Shown here one piece after another: positions 1-9,651 of a stretch of DNA of 64,000 nt; the first letter of the stretch is position 1; every line of letters begins with the position of its first letter. This stretch comes from an uncultured virus (IMG/VR IMGVR_UViG_3300042945_002143) (lineage: Duplodnaviria > Heunggongvirae > Uroviricota > Caudoviricetes): IMG/VR virus record IMGVR_UViG_3300042945_002143; one strand, given 5' to 3'. The translations under genes were made by a program, and so were the position numbers. The notes below the pieces were generated by a model, which worked only from the letters and a program-made list of their open reading frames with translations, was not told where the DNA came from and ran no database searches.

Positions 1-3000
1 GTTCAACAGGTTCGTCAGGTAGTAGTGGTATAACTGGGTCTTCAGGTACGAGTGGTAGTTCTGGCACATCAGGTTCATCTGGTAGTTCAGGTTCTTCAGG
101 TTCATCTGGTAGTTCAGGTTCTTCAGGTAGTACTGGTTCATCAGGAACTAGCGGAACATCAGGAACATCAGGTACAAGTGGTAGTTCAGGTTCTACAGGA
201 ACATCGGGTTCTACAGGAACATCGGGTTCATCAGGTAGTAGTGGCTCAAGTGGAAGTTCAGGATTGACAGGTTCATCAGGAACATCGGGTTCATCAGGGA
301 CATCGGGTTCATCAGGTAGTTCTGGTTCAAGTGGTAGTAGCGGAAGTACAGGGTCTTCGGGCACAAGTGGTAGTTCTGGTACATCAGGTTCATCAGGAAG
401 TTCAGGTTCATCAGGTTCTAGCGGTAGTGTTGGAACTTCGGGAACAAGTGGTTCAAGTGGAAGTTCAGGTTCTTCAGGAAGTGTAGGAACATCAGGTACA
501 AGTGGAAGTTCAGGTTCGTCTGGCTCAAGTGGAAATACAGGTTCAAGTGGAACGAGTGGTTCATCAGGTACATCTGGCTCAAGTGGTAGTTCAGGTTCGT
601 CTGGCTCAAGTGGTTCAAGTGGAAGTTCAGGTTCATCTGGAAGTGTAGGAACATCAGGTACAAGTGGTAGTTCAGGTTCTTCAGGTAGTTCAGGTGTTAA
701 TGGTTCTTCAGGGACTAGTGGTAGTTCGGGAACATCTGGTTCTTCAGGAAGTTCGGGTTCATCAGGTTCTAGTGGTAGTTCAGGAACATCTGGCTCAAGC
801 GGGTCTTCTGGTTCAAGTGGAAGTACTGGTTCTTCAGGAAGTGCAGGTACATCGGGTAGTGTAGGAACTAGCGGTAGTTCTGGTTCATCTGGTTCTTCAG
901 GTAGTACTGGCTCAAGTGGTACTTCAGGTTCTTCGGGAAGTTCTGGTACTAGTGGTTCATCAGGTAGTGTAGGTACTAGTGGTTCATCAGGTAGTTCTGG
1001 TTCAAGTGGTAGTAGCGGAAGTACAGGGTCTTCTGGTACAAGTGGGAGCTCAGGAACATCTGGTACAAGCGGTAGTTCTGGGTCATCTGGTTCAGTTGGT
1101 ACAAGCGGTTCATCAGGTAGTGTTGGAACATCTGGTTCATCAGGTTCTGTTGGTACTTCAGGAACATCGGGTTCATCAGGTAGTACTGGTTCAAGTGGAA
1201 GTTCAGGAAGTAGTGGTAGTGTAGGAACAAGTGGTTCTTCAGGGACATCTGGCTCAACAGGTACTTCAGGAACATCAGGTTCAAGTGGGTCTTCAGGTAG
1301 TTCGGGTTCATCAGGAAGTTCAGGTACAAGCGGAACATCAGGTTCAGTAGGAACAAGTGGTTCATCGGGAAGTTCAGGGTCAACAGGAACTTCAGGTTCA
1401 AGTGGGTCTTCAGGTAGTTCAGGAAGTAGCGGAACATCTGGTTCTAGTGGAAGTGTTGGAACTTCTGGTACATCAGGAACAAGTGGTTCATCGGGAAGTT
1501 CTGGTTCTGCCGGTACAAGTGGAAGTGTAGGAACAAGTGGTACTTCAGGTTCATCTGGCTCAAGTGGAAGTTCAGGTTCAACAGGTAGTTCAGGTACTAG
1601 CGGTTCATCTGGAAGTTCTGGTTCTGCAGGTACAAGTGGAAGTTCTGGTTCTTCAGGTAGTACGGGTTCAAGAGGAACTAGCGGAACATCAGGAAGTTCT
1701 GGTTCTGTTGGAACTAGTGGAACGTCTGGTTCAGTAGGAACTAGCGGAACATCTGGAACAAGTGGTTCATCAGGTTCTAGCGGTAGCGCTGGAAGCTCAG
1801 GAACGTCAGGTTCTAGCGGTAGCACAGGTTCAAGTGGTTCTACTGGCACGTCAGGTTCTTCAGGAACAAGTGGTTCTGTAGGTACAAGCGGAACATCTGG
1901 TTCCTCAGGAAGTGTAGGTACTTCAGGTACTAGTGGAAGCTCAGGAAGTGTAGGAACATCTGGTTCAAGTGGTACTACTGGTACCTCAGGAACATCAGGT
2001 AGTTCAGGTTCTAGCGGAAGTTCAGGTTCAAGTGGAACTAGTGGTAGTTCAGGAAGTTCTGGTTCATCGGGTAGTAGCGGTAGTTCTGGTAGTGTAGGAA
2101 CATCTGGTTCTTCAGGAAGTTCTGGTTCAAGTGGTTCATCCGGAAGTTCAGGTTCTACAGGTTCAAGAGGAACATCGGGTACTTCAGGAACTAGCGGTTC
2201 AAGTGGAAGTACAGGAACTAGTGGTACATCAGGTTCAACGGGGACTTCAGGAACAAGTGGTTCAACTGGAACATCAGGTACAAGTGGAAGTACAGGGTCT
2301 TCAGGAAGCTCTGGTACGTCGGGTAGTGTAGGTACTAGCGGTAGTTCAGGCTCTAGCGGAAGTACAGGAACTAGTGGAACCTCTGGTTCAACAGGGACTA
2401 GCGGTTCATCAGGTAGTTCAGGTTCAAGTGGAAGTTCAGGTAGTAGTGGTAGCGTTGGAACTTCTGGTACATCAGGTTCAAGTGGTTCTTCAGGAAGTGC
2501 AGGTTCTAGTGGAAGTACTGGAACCTCAGGAACATCAGGTAGTTCTGGTTCTTCAGGTAGTTCAGGTTCAAGTGGTAGTGTTGGAACATCAGGTTCATCG
2601 GGTAGTGTAGGTACTAGCGGTTCTTCTGGTTCAAGTGGAAGTTCAGGTTCTAGCGGAAGTACAGGGTCAAGCGGAACTAGTGGTAATTCAGGTTCGTCTG
2701 GTTCAAGTGGAAGTTCAGGTTCATCTGGAAGTGTAGGAACAAGTGGAACCTCAGGTTCAGTAGGTACAAGTGGTACATCAGGAAGTTCAGGCTCAAGTGG
2801 TAGTACGGGTTCATCTGGTACTAGCGGCTCTTCGGGAAGTACTGGGTCATCTGGAAGTTCAGGTTCAACAGGAACTAGCGGTTCTTCAGGAACATCAGGT
2901 AGTAGCGGTTCTAGTGGTAGTGCTGGAACAAGTGGTAGTTCTGGTTCTGTTGGTACATCTGGGTCAAGCGGAAGTAGTGGTTCATCGGGAAGTGTAGGCA

Positions 3001-5520
3001 CATCCGGTTCTTCAGGCTCTAGCGGTAGTGCTGGAAGTTCAGGAAGTGTTGGTACATCAGGGACTAGTGGTAGTTCAGGTTCTTCTGGTTCAAGTGGTAG
3101 TGTTGGTACATCAGGTACTAGCGGTTCATCAGGTACTAGCGGTTCATCAGGGTCAAGCGGAACTAGCGGTAGTTCAGGTTCTAGCGGTTCTTCAGGAAGT
3201 TCTGGGTCATCTGGCTCTTCAGGTAGTACAGGTTCAAGAGGAACTAGCGGTACTTCAGGAACTAGTGGTAGTGTAGGTACATCCGGTTCTTCAGGTAGTT
3301 CGGGAACATCAGGAAGTAGTGGAAGTTCAGGTTCTGCAGGTACAAGTGGAAGTGTAGGAACATCTGGAACTTCTGGTTCAAGTGGGTCATCAGGTTCAAG
3401 TGGTAGTGTTGGAACTAGCGGTTCATCAGGAACAAGTGGTTCGTCAGGTTCTAGCGGTAGTGCTGGAAGCTCAGGAAGTACTGGTTCATCAGGTTCTGCG
3501 GGAAGTGCTGGTACATCAGGGGTTAATGGTTCTTCAGGAACATCAGGTTCTGCTGGCTCAAGTGGAAGTTCAGGTTCTTCAGGTAGTTCGGGTTCAGTAG
3601 GTACAAGCGGAACTTCAGGTTCATCAGGTAGTGCTGGCTCGTCAGGGTCTAGCGGTTCTGTTGGTACTTCAGGTAGTAGTGGAACATCTGGAAGCTCTGG
3701 CTCAAGTGGTAGTGCGGGTTCATCAGGGAGTAGTGGAACTTCAGGTTCATCAGGAAGTTCAGGTTCAAGTGGTAGTACGGGGTCTTCAGGAAGTTCTGGT
3801 TCAACAGGTTCTAGAGGAACTAGCGGAACATCAGGTTCATCTGGAAGTGTTGGTACTTCAGGAACGTCAGGTTCAGTAGGTTCGTCTGGTTCTTCAGGAA
3901 CTTCAGGTTCAGTAGGTACTAGTGGAACATCTGGAAGCTCTGGCTCAAGTGGTAGTGCGGGGTCATCAGGGAGTACTGGTACAAGTGGAAGTTCGGGTTC
4001 AACTGGTACTTCAGGTTCAAGTGGAAGTAGTGGCTCATCAGGTTCTTCAGGGAGTACTGGTACAAGTGGAACATCAGGTTCTAGTGGAAGTAGTGGTAGT
4101 TCAGGGTCATCTGGTTCTGCAGGTACATCAGGAAGTAGTGGAAGTTCAGGGTCTAGCGGTAGTTCTGGTTCATCAGGTACATCGGGAACTAGCGGAAGTT
4201 CAGGAACTTCAGGTAGTAGTGGGTCATCAGGTTCAACGGGTAGTTCAGGAAGTAGTGGAACAAGTGGTTCATCTGGTACTTCAGGTTCATCTGGCTCAAG
4301 TGGTAGTACGGGTTCTTCAGGAAGCTCAGGCTCAAGCGGAAGTTCTGGTTCAACAGGTTCTAGAGGAACAAGTGGAACTTCTGGTTCGTCAGGAACTAGC
4401 GGAACGTCAGGAACATCAGGCTCAAGCGGAAGTGTTGGAACATCTGGTTCGTCAGGAAGTACAGGAACATCAGGTAGTGCTGGTTCTTCTGGCTCAAGTG
4501 GTAGTTCAGGTTCAAGTGGAAGTACTGGAACATCAGGTTCATCAGGTTCTAGCGGTAGTACTGGAAGCTCAGGAACGTCAGGTTCTGTAGGTACAAGCGG
4601 GACATCAGGAACTTCGGGAAGTACTGGTTCTAGTGGTAGTTCAGGAAGTTCTGGTTCATCGGGTAGTACAGGTACTTCAGGAAGCTCAGGTTCAAGTGGA
4701 ACTAGTGGTTCTTCAGGGTCTAGCGGTTCATCGGGTTCTAGTGGAAGTTCAGGGTCATCTGGTAGTACAGGTTCAAGAGGAACTAGCGGTACTTCAGGAA
4801 CTAGTGGTAGCTCAGGAACATCTGGTTCTTCGGGTACATCAGGGTCAGGTGGTTCTTCAGGAAGTAGTGGTAGTTCTGGAACTTCAGGTTCTTCAGGAAC
4901 AAGCGGAAGCTCAGGAACATCAGGTTCAAGTGGAAGCACGGGTAGTTCAGGCTCGTCAGGTAATACTGGAAGTTCTGGTACATCGGGTTCTTCGGGTACA
5001 AGTGGTTCTTCTGGGTCATCAGGCTCAAGTGGGAATACTGGTTCTTCGGGAACTTCTGGTTCATCAGGAACTAGCGGTTCTTCAGGAAGTTCAGGTTCAA
5101 GTGGTAATACAGGTTCTTCGGGTACTAGCGGTTCATCAGGTTCTTCTGGCTCATCAGGTTCAAGTGGAAGCTCAGGTTCTTCAGGTATTACAGGAAGTAG
5201 TGGAACTAGCGGTTCTTCAGGAAGTGCTGGTTCATCAGGTAGCTCAGGTTCAGGTTCATCAGGAACAAGCGGATTAGATGGTATTAGTGGAACATCTGGT
5301 TCATCAGGTACATCTGGCTCAAGTGGTAGCTCTGGTTCAACAGGTTCGTCAGGTAGTAGTGGTATAACTGGGTCTTCAGGTACGAGTGGTAGTTCGGGAA
5401 CATCAGGTTCATCGGGAACAAGTGGTTCTAGTGGAAGTTCGGGTTCTTCAGGTAGTTCGGGGTCTAGCGGAAGTACGGGTTCAAGAGGAACAAGTGGTTC
5501 ATCAGGCACATCAGGTAGTC
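1..5520 (+). repeat. 9-nt periodic coding repeat (GGN-TCN/AGY/ACN) encoding (Gly-X-Ser/Thr)n
   Basis: Gly at nearly every third codon, with synonymous codons shuffled. Contains longer exact duplications, e.g. 1-61 = 5335-5395. Confidence 0.95.
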
Positions 5521-6020
5521 AAGGTAATAAAGGTGGTCTTCAATACCAATACGGTGGTGGGACAGGAGGTGCACCTGCTTCAGGTCAATTTACTTATCAA
5601 GGAGCGGGTGTAGCGGTGTATGATTTGAAATTTGACGTAGTAACTGCTGACTCAGCAGATTTAAGTGATTATTTTTTAAACTTAGTTGGAACACAAGGGA
5701 TTGTATATTTAATTTTTAATTTAAATGGTTCAAATAAAATTGATATTTACTACTTCAACAATGTAAGTGTAAGTGGTAGTGATTATTTGTTTACAGGTGC
5801 ATTATATACAAATGGTGGTGATACAACACTTACAGTAAATGACGTATGTGCAGTTACTATTATTGTTAACGGTACATCTGGAACATCAGGTTCATCAGGT
5901 ACTTCAGGTTCATCGGGTATTACTGGTTCATCAGGTACCTCAGGAGCTGCAGGAGCTGCGGGTGGAACATTCACATTAGGACTTGTTTATACAACAGCAA
6001 ACAATTTTAACTTTATATAA
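3..6020 (+). CDS. Giant Gly-Ser/Thr triplet-repeat virion fibre-like protein (5'-truncated; frame open from window start)
   Basis: Frame 3 has no stop from nt 3 to TAA at 6018-6020, so the ORF-track start at 264 is internal. About 1800 residues of G-S-S/G-T-S/G-S-T/G-S-V triplets, then a ~120-aa globular domain (QGNKGGLQYQY...CAVTIIVNG) and a C-terminal FTLGLVYTTANNFNFI. Confidence 0.85.
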   Translation, partial: STGSSGSSGITGSSGTSGSSGTSGSSGSSGSSGSSGSSGSSGSTGSSGTSGTSGTSGTSGSSGSTGTSGSTGTSGSSGSSGSSGSSGLTGSSGTSGSSGTSGSSGSSGSSGSSGSTGSSGTSGSSGTSGSSGSSGSSGSSGSVGTSGTSGSSGSSGSSGSVGTSGTSGSSGSSGSSGNTGSSGTSGSSGTSGSSGSSGSSGSSGSSGSSGSSGSVGTSGTSGSSGSSGSSGVNGSSGTSGSSGTSGSSGSSGSSGSSGSSGTSGSSGSSGSSGSTGSSGSAGTSGSVGTSGSSGSSGSSGSTGSSGTSGSSGSSGTSGSSGSVGTSGSSGSSGSSGSSGSTGSSGTSGSSGTSGTSGSSGSSGSVGTSGSSGSVGTSGSSGSVGTSGTSGSSGSTGSSGSSGSSGSVGTSGSSGTSGSTGTSGTSGSSGSSGSSGSSGSSGTSGTSGSVGTSGSSGSSGSTGTSGSSGSSGSSGSSGTSGSSGSVGTSGTSGTSGSSGSSGSAGTSGSVGTSGTSGSSGSSGSSGSTGSSGTSGSSGSSGSAGTSGSSGSSGSTGSRGTSGTSGSSGSVGTSGTSGSVGTSGTSGTSGSSGSSGSAGSSGTSGSSGSTGSSGSTGTSGSSGTSGSVGTSGTSGSSGSVGTSGTSGSSGSVGTSGSSGTTGTSGTSGSSGSSGSSGSSGTSGSSGSSGSSGSSGSSGSVGTSGSSGSSGSSGSSGSSGSTGSRGTSGTSGTSGSSGSTGTSGTSGSTGTSGTSGSTGTSGTSGSTGSSGSSGTSGSVGTSGSSGSSGSTGTSGTSGSTGTSGSSGSSGSSGSSGSSGSVGTSGTSGSSGSSGSAGSSGSTGTSGTSGSSGSSGSSGSSGSVGTSGSSGSVGTSGSSGSSGSSGSSGSTGSSGTSGNSGSSGSSGSSGSSGSVGTSGTSGSVGTSGTSGSSGSSGSTGSSGTSGSSGSTGSSGSSGSTGTSGSSGTSGSSGSSGSAGTSGSSGSVGTSGSSGSSGSSGSVGTSGSSGSSGSAGSSGSVGTSGTSGSSGSSGSSGSVGTSGTSGSSGTSGSSGSSGTSGSSGSSGSSGSSGSSGSSGSTGSRGTSGTSGTSGSVGTSGSSGSSGTSGSSGSSGSAGTSGSVGTSGTSGSSGSSGSSGSVGTSGSSGTSGSSGSSGSAGSSGSTGSSGSAGSAGTSGVNGSSGTSGSAGSSGSSGSSGSSGSVGTSGTSGSSGSAGSSGSSGSVGTSGSSGTSGSSGSSGSAGSSGSSGTSGSSGSSGSSGSTGSSGSSGSTGSRGTSGTSGSSGSVGTSGTSGSVGSSGSSGTSGSVGTSGTSGSSGSSGSAGSSGSTGTSGSSGSTGTSGSSGSSGSSGSSGSTGTSGTSGSSGSSGSSGSSGSAGTSGSSGSSGSSGSSGSSGTSGTSGSSGTSGSSGSSGSTGSSGSSGTSGSSGTSGSSGSSGSTGSSGSSGSSGSSGSTGSRGTSGTSGSSGTSGTSGTSGSSGSVGTSGSSGSTGTSGSAGSSGSSGSSGSSGSTGTSGSSGSSGSTGSSGTSGSVGTSGTSGTSGSTGSSGSSGSSGSSGSTGTSGSSGSSGTSGSSGSSGSSGSSGSSGSSGSTGSRGTSGTSGTSGSSGTSGSSGTSGSGGSSGSSGSSGTSGSSGTSGSSGTSGSSGSTGSSGSSGNTGSSGTSGSSGTSGSSGSSGSSGNTGSSGTSGSSGTSGSSGSSGSSGNTGSSGTSGSSGSSGSSGSSGSSGSSGITGSSGTSGSSGSAGSSGSSGSGSSGTSGLDGISGTSGSSGTSGSSGSSGSTGSSGSSGITGSSGTSGSSGTSGSSGTSGSSGSSGSSGSSGSSGSTGSRGTSGSSGTSGSQGNKGGLQYQYGGGTGGAPASGQFTYQGAGVAVYDLKFDVVTADSADLSDYFLNLVGTQGIVYLIFNLNGSNKIDIYYFNNVSVSGSDYLFTGALYTNGGDTTLTVNDVCAVTIIVNGTSGTSGSSGTSGSSGITGSSGTSGAAGAAGGTFTLGLVYTTANNFNFI

Positions 6021-6056
6021 TATTTATAATAAACTAAATTAAATTATTATAATACT

Positions 6057-6476
6057 ATGCCAGCAAATACAGCACCAATTTTTACACTAAGACCTGAGAT
6101 TATGTGGAATGTTAGCATTACGGCTGCGAATAATACGGGAGATTTAACCTCAGGTACAGTTTATCCTGTTTTTACCGCAGGTACCGAAGGGAGTTATGTA
6201 CAAAAAATAAGATTTAGACATACAGGTGCAAATTCGGCGGCAACTGTTGGTCGTGTTTGGATTAATAATGGTTCAACAACTACTACCGCAGCTAATAACA
6301 CTTTATTTGATGAAATAACAATTGCGGCAAATGCAACATTTGTTACCAACGCAGCGTCAACCAACTATGAATTACCACTTATGTTTGCTTTACCTCCTAA
6401 TTATATAATTTATGTAACAATCGGTGCCGCAGCCGCTGGTGGTATTGACGCAACGGTTATAGGAGGGGACTACTAA
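6057..6476 (+). CDS. Small beta-rich virion (tail/fibre-associated) protein
   Basis: 139-aa Thr/Ala/Asn-rich ORF beginning MPANTAPIF and ending IGGDY. Preceded by TATTTATA (6021-6028) and lies within the structural cluster. Confidence 0.6.
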   Translation: MPANTAPIFTLRPEIMWNVSITAANNTGDLTSGTVYPVFTAGTEGSYVQKIRFRHTGANSAATVGRVWINNGSTTTTAANNTLFDEITIAANATFVTNAASTNYELPLMFALPPNYIIYVTIGAAAAGGIDATVIGGDY

Positions 6477-6661
6477 TGTTAATATATCAATTAATACAAT
6501 TTGACTATGGTTCGCCAGTATCTATGGGATATATGGAAATAGATTGGATGGCAGGACAATGTTTAAGATTAACCGATTTAGACGGTAATACTTTAGATTT
6601 GACAATAAATTTCGGATACCGAGTTGTTGATTCAAACCCTCCAAGACCATCATGGGCTTAA
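6476..6661 (+). CDS. Hypothetical protein (61 aa)
   Basis: Translationally coupled (TAATG) between structural genes. Confidence 0.6.
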   Translation: MLIYQLIQFDYGSPVSMGYMEIDWMAGQCLRLTDLDGNTLDLTINFGYRVVDSNPPRPSWA

Positions 6662-6667
6662 AAAAAT

Positions 6668-7570
6668 ATGATTGACTATTACAATTTAGCTGACAATCAA
6701 TATCACAATCAAGTCTATACTGGACCAATAGGTACCAGTGCCTCTTTAAGTACTTTTTATTGGGTTAAACCAAGAGGTATTACTATGGTACATATTACCG
6801 CTATTGGTGCCGGAGGTGGAGGAGCTTCGGGTAACCAATCTACGGGTACTGCGGCTTCAGGCGGTAGTGGTGGTGGTTCGGGGGCAATAACTCGATTAAC
6901 AATACCTGCTATTTTATTATCTGAAAGTTTAAAAGTAACTGTTGGTGCTGGAGGTACGGGTGGTACAGGAGGTTCAGGAGGCACGAATGGTGCGTCGACA
7001 TATGTTGATATCGCAAGAGGGGATACGACTGCTATCCAAACTCGTGTAGTATTCGCGGCCGCGGGTTCCGGTGGAAACGTAGGTTTGGCTGGTGGAGCCT
7101 CTGCCGGTGGAGGTGCAGGAGCAATTGCAACTCAAGGAAACGCAATTTATCTAACAATGGGTACTTTTGTGTCTATCGCTGGACAAGCAGGTGCGGGAGG
7201 TGTCAATGCTGCCGCTGGAGGTTCAATAACTGTTACGTCGTCAGGATTACCAATAACAGGTGGGGCTGCCGGTGGTGGAAAAAGTGCCGCTGACGGGAAT
7301 TTTGCTGGTGGTAGTATAACTGGAAGTGGAACAATACCTACAATCTCAGGAGGTGCTGGTGGTGCGACAAATAATGGGGCAAGTGGTATTTTTATAAACT
7401 TACCTTTTTTCTCATTAGGAGGAGCTGGTGGTGGTTCTTTTGCTCTTGGAACTGCTGGTAATGGTGGAAAAGGTGGAATTGGTTGTGGAGGAGGAGGTGG
7501 GGGTTCAGGAACCACACGTGGTAGTGGTGGAGATGGAGGACCTGGGATGGTAATAATAACTTGTTGGTAA
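6668..7570 (+). CDS. Glycine-rich domain virion protein, paralog 1
   Basis: WVKPRGITMVHITAIGAGGGG ... GGDGGPGMVIITCW. Confidence 0.75.
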   Translation: MIDYYNLADNQYHNQVYTGPIGTSASLSTFYWVKPRGITMVHITAIGAGGGGASGNQSTGTAASGGSGGGSGAITRLTIPAILLSESLKVTVGAGGTGGTGGSGGTNGASTYVDIARGDTTAIQTRVVFAAAGSGGNVGLAGGASAGGGAGAIATQGNAIYLTMGTFVSIAGQAGAGGVNAAAGGSITVTSSGLPITGGAAGGGKSAADGNFAGGSITGSGTIPTISGGAGGATNNGASGIFINLPFFSLGGAGGGSFALGTAGNGGKGGIGCGGGGGGSGTTRGSGGDGGPGMVIITCW

Positions 7571-7582
7571 TTTGTATGTAAT

Positions 7583-8455
7583 ATGAGTTTTGTATATGAT
7601 TTAGCGGATACTAGTTATAAGACACAAGTGTTCTATCAGTCGGGAAGTTGGATAAAACCTCAAGGTATAACTATGATATCCATTACTGCTATTAGTGCTG
7701 GTGGTGGGGGAGCTGGTGGTGCTACTAACTCATCTGCAAATAATAGGTCAGGAGGTGGAGGTGGTGGAGGTGGATGTTTAACTAGATTAATTATTCCTGA
7801 AATTTTTATAACAGATTCTTTGATAATAAATGTAGGTACTGGAGGTGCTGGGGGAGTATCGAGTGGAGGAGCTGGAAGTAATGGAGGTCCTACATTTGTT
7901 GATATGCCTGTTCCTGGTAATACTGATATATATACACGTATTATAACCACTTCAGGTGGTACTGGAGGTAATGGAGCAACTGCTGGTAATGGAGGCTCCA
8001 CCGCTAACGTTGCAGACGCATTATACTCAACGATTGGAGTTTGGACAACAATTGCAGGCCTTGGTGGAGGTGCAGGGACAACAACTAATGGAACTTCACT
8101 TACATGGGGTTCTCTTGGTATGTTATATGGGGGTGCTGGTGGAGGGGGTATGGCGGCAGGAGCTACCACACCAACAAATGGAGGAAATTTAACAGGTGCA
8201 GGTATAGTCCCTACAAATACTGGAGGACAGTCAGGTGGTGCAGGTAGTGTAGGGGTATTTTCATTAACCCCATTCTATTCTATTGCAGGAAGTGGTGGTG
8301 GAGGAGGTGGTACTACACCTGCTTCAGGTGGAGCAGGTGGTGATGGAAACATTGGTACTGGTGGTGGAGGTGGTGGTGCTGGTACCACACCTACAGGTGT
8401 TGGAGGGACAGGAGGACGTGGAGGTGATGGTTTAGTAATAATACAGTGTTGGTAA
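7583..8455 (+). CDS. Glycine-rich domain virion protein, paralog 2
   Basis: WIKPQGITMISITAISAGGGG ... GGRGGDGLVIIQCW. Confidence 0.75.
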   Translation: MSFVYDLADTSYKTQVFYQSGSWIKPQGITMISITAISAGGGGAGGATNSSANNRSGGGGGGGGCLTRLIIPEIFITDSLIINVGTGGAGGVSSGGAGSNGGPTFVDMPVPGNTDIYTRIITTSGGTGGNGATAGNGGSTANVADALYSTIGVWTTIAGLGGGAGTTTNGTSLTWGSLGMLYGGAGGGGMAAGATTPTNGGNLTGAGIVPTNTGGQSGGAGSVGVFSLTPFYSIAGSGGGGGGTTPASGGAGGDGNIGTGGGGGGAGTTPTGVGGTGGRGGDGLVIIQCW

Positions 8456-8465
8456 AAATTTAATT

Positions 8466-9374
8466 ATGGATTTTGCATATAATTTAACAAATAACGCTCA
8501 CAAAACGCAAATATATTATACTGCGGGTCAATATGCTTACACTTTACCTAAAGGTATAACTATGGTCTATATCTTATGTATGGGTGCAGGAGGTGGAGGA
8601 GGAGGTGGATTTACTCGAGCCGCTGGTTCAGCTGGTGGTGGAGGTGGAGGTGGAGGAACAGGTGCTCTTACTCGTGTAGTTATACCTAAAATTTTTCTAT
8701 CAGATAGTTTACTCATATTGGTTGGTACGGGAGGACCAGGTGGTGCTGGTGGTAATCCTGCAACTGCGGGTACTGCTGGTGGTCAATCAATTGTTAGTAC
8801 TAACTTAGGTGGTACGGTGGCATTAAACAATTTATATATTGCTCAGGCTAATGGTGGTAGTGCCGGAAATCCTGGAACAGGTGCTGCGGGTGGTACAGGA
8901 GGTGCGGGAGGTACCGCGACAACTAATACAGGTATGGGTATGGTGTCATTAGGAACATTTACAAATAGAATTGGTATAACAGGTGGAGATGGTAACGCAA
9001 CTGCTTCACCACTTGCTGGTGTATATGGAACAGGTTCTATACCATTTTCTGCTGGACGAGGTGGAGGTGGTATAAATGCGGCAAACCCTGGTACAAGTGC
9101 AAATGGTGGGTCAATATCGGGTAGAGGTTTTGTTGTTGATGTTGTTGGAGGAGCCGCGGCTGGTGGGGCAGGTGTTAATGGAATGTTTATGATGAAACCA
9201 TTTGTTAGTCTTGGAGGTACAGGTGGTGCTAGTAACAATGCTGGTGTGGGAGGTGTTGGTGGTAAAGGGGGTCCTGGGTGCGGAGGTGGGGGAGGAGGTG
9301 CTGGAACATCTCTATCTGCTGGTGGTGCTGGAGGTCCTGGTGGTGATGGTTTAGTAATTGTAACTTGTTGGTAA
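8466..9374 (+). CDS. Glycine-rich domain virion protein, paralog 3
   Basis: YTLPKGITMVYILCMGAGGGG ... GGPGGDGLVIVTCW. Confidence 0.75.
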   Translation: MDFAYNLTNNAHKTQIYYTAGQYAYTLPKGITMVYILCMGAGGGGGGGFTRAAGSAGGGGGGGGTGALTRVVIPKIFLSDSLLILVGTGGPGGAGGNPATAGTAGGQSIVSTNLGGTVALNNLYIAQANGGSAGNPGTGAAGGTGGAGGTATTNTGMGMVSLGTFTNRIGITGGDGNATASPLAGVYGTGSIPFSAGRGGGGINAANPGTSANGGSISGRGFVVDVVGGAAAGGAGVNGMFMMKPFVSLGGTGGASNNAGVGGVGGKGGPGCGGGGGGAGTSLSAGGAGGPGGDGLVIVTCW

Positions 9375-9383
9375 TTATATAAT

Positions 9384-9605
9384 ATGACATACGTTGAAAT
9401 TTCAAATATTAATGGTGTACCACCCTTTCAAATTTACTTATGTGATTTTGCGGAAAACAATTGTTCTTTAGTTCAGACAGAGTATGACCCTGTTTATTGG
9501 CCCGTTATTGTTAATTTACCTGTATCCCTTACAGGTTCAACTACAGTGTTTTGTAAAGTAGTTGATGGTAATTCTTGTGAGACAACTCAAATACTTTCAT
9601 GTTAA
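9384..9605 (+). CDS. Small Cys-containing structural protein (paralog of 17057-17278)
   Basis: 73 aa; G-x-x-PF-x-x-Y-x-C and KVVDxNxC motifs shared with the minus-strand 73-aa ORF. Confidence 0.7.
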   Translation: MTYVEISNINGVPPFQIYLCDFAENNCSLVQTEYDPVYWPVIVNLPVSLTGSTTVFCKVVDGNSCETTQILSC

Positions 9606-9651
9606 ATGAATTAACTGTGTATAAAAACAGATTTTTTGTTATTTATAAGTA

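Noticed and set aside
1..5520. Possible CRISPR array
   Set aside because: No constant repeat with unique spacers; the periodicity is codon-level within one open frame, and no cas genes are seen.
52..5613. Many alternative-frame and antisense ORFs (V/Q/L-rich, N/L/M-rich) over the repeat gene
   Set aside because: Shadows of the 9-nt periodic G-X-S coding repeat; no independent coding signal.
6757..9238. Pro-rich antisense ORFs
   Set aside because: Reverse-complement shadows of Gly codon runs.
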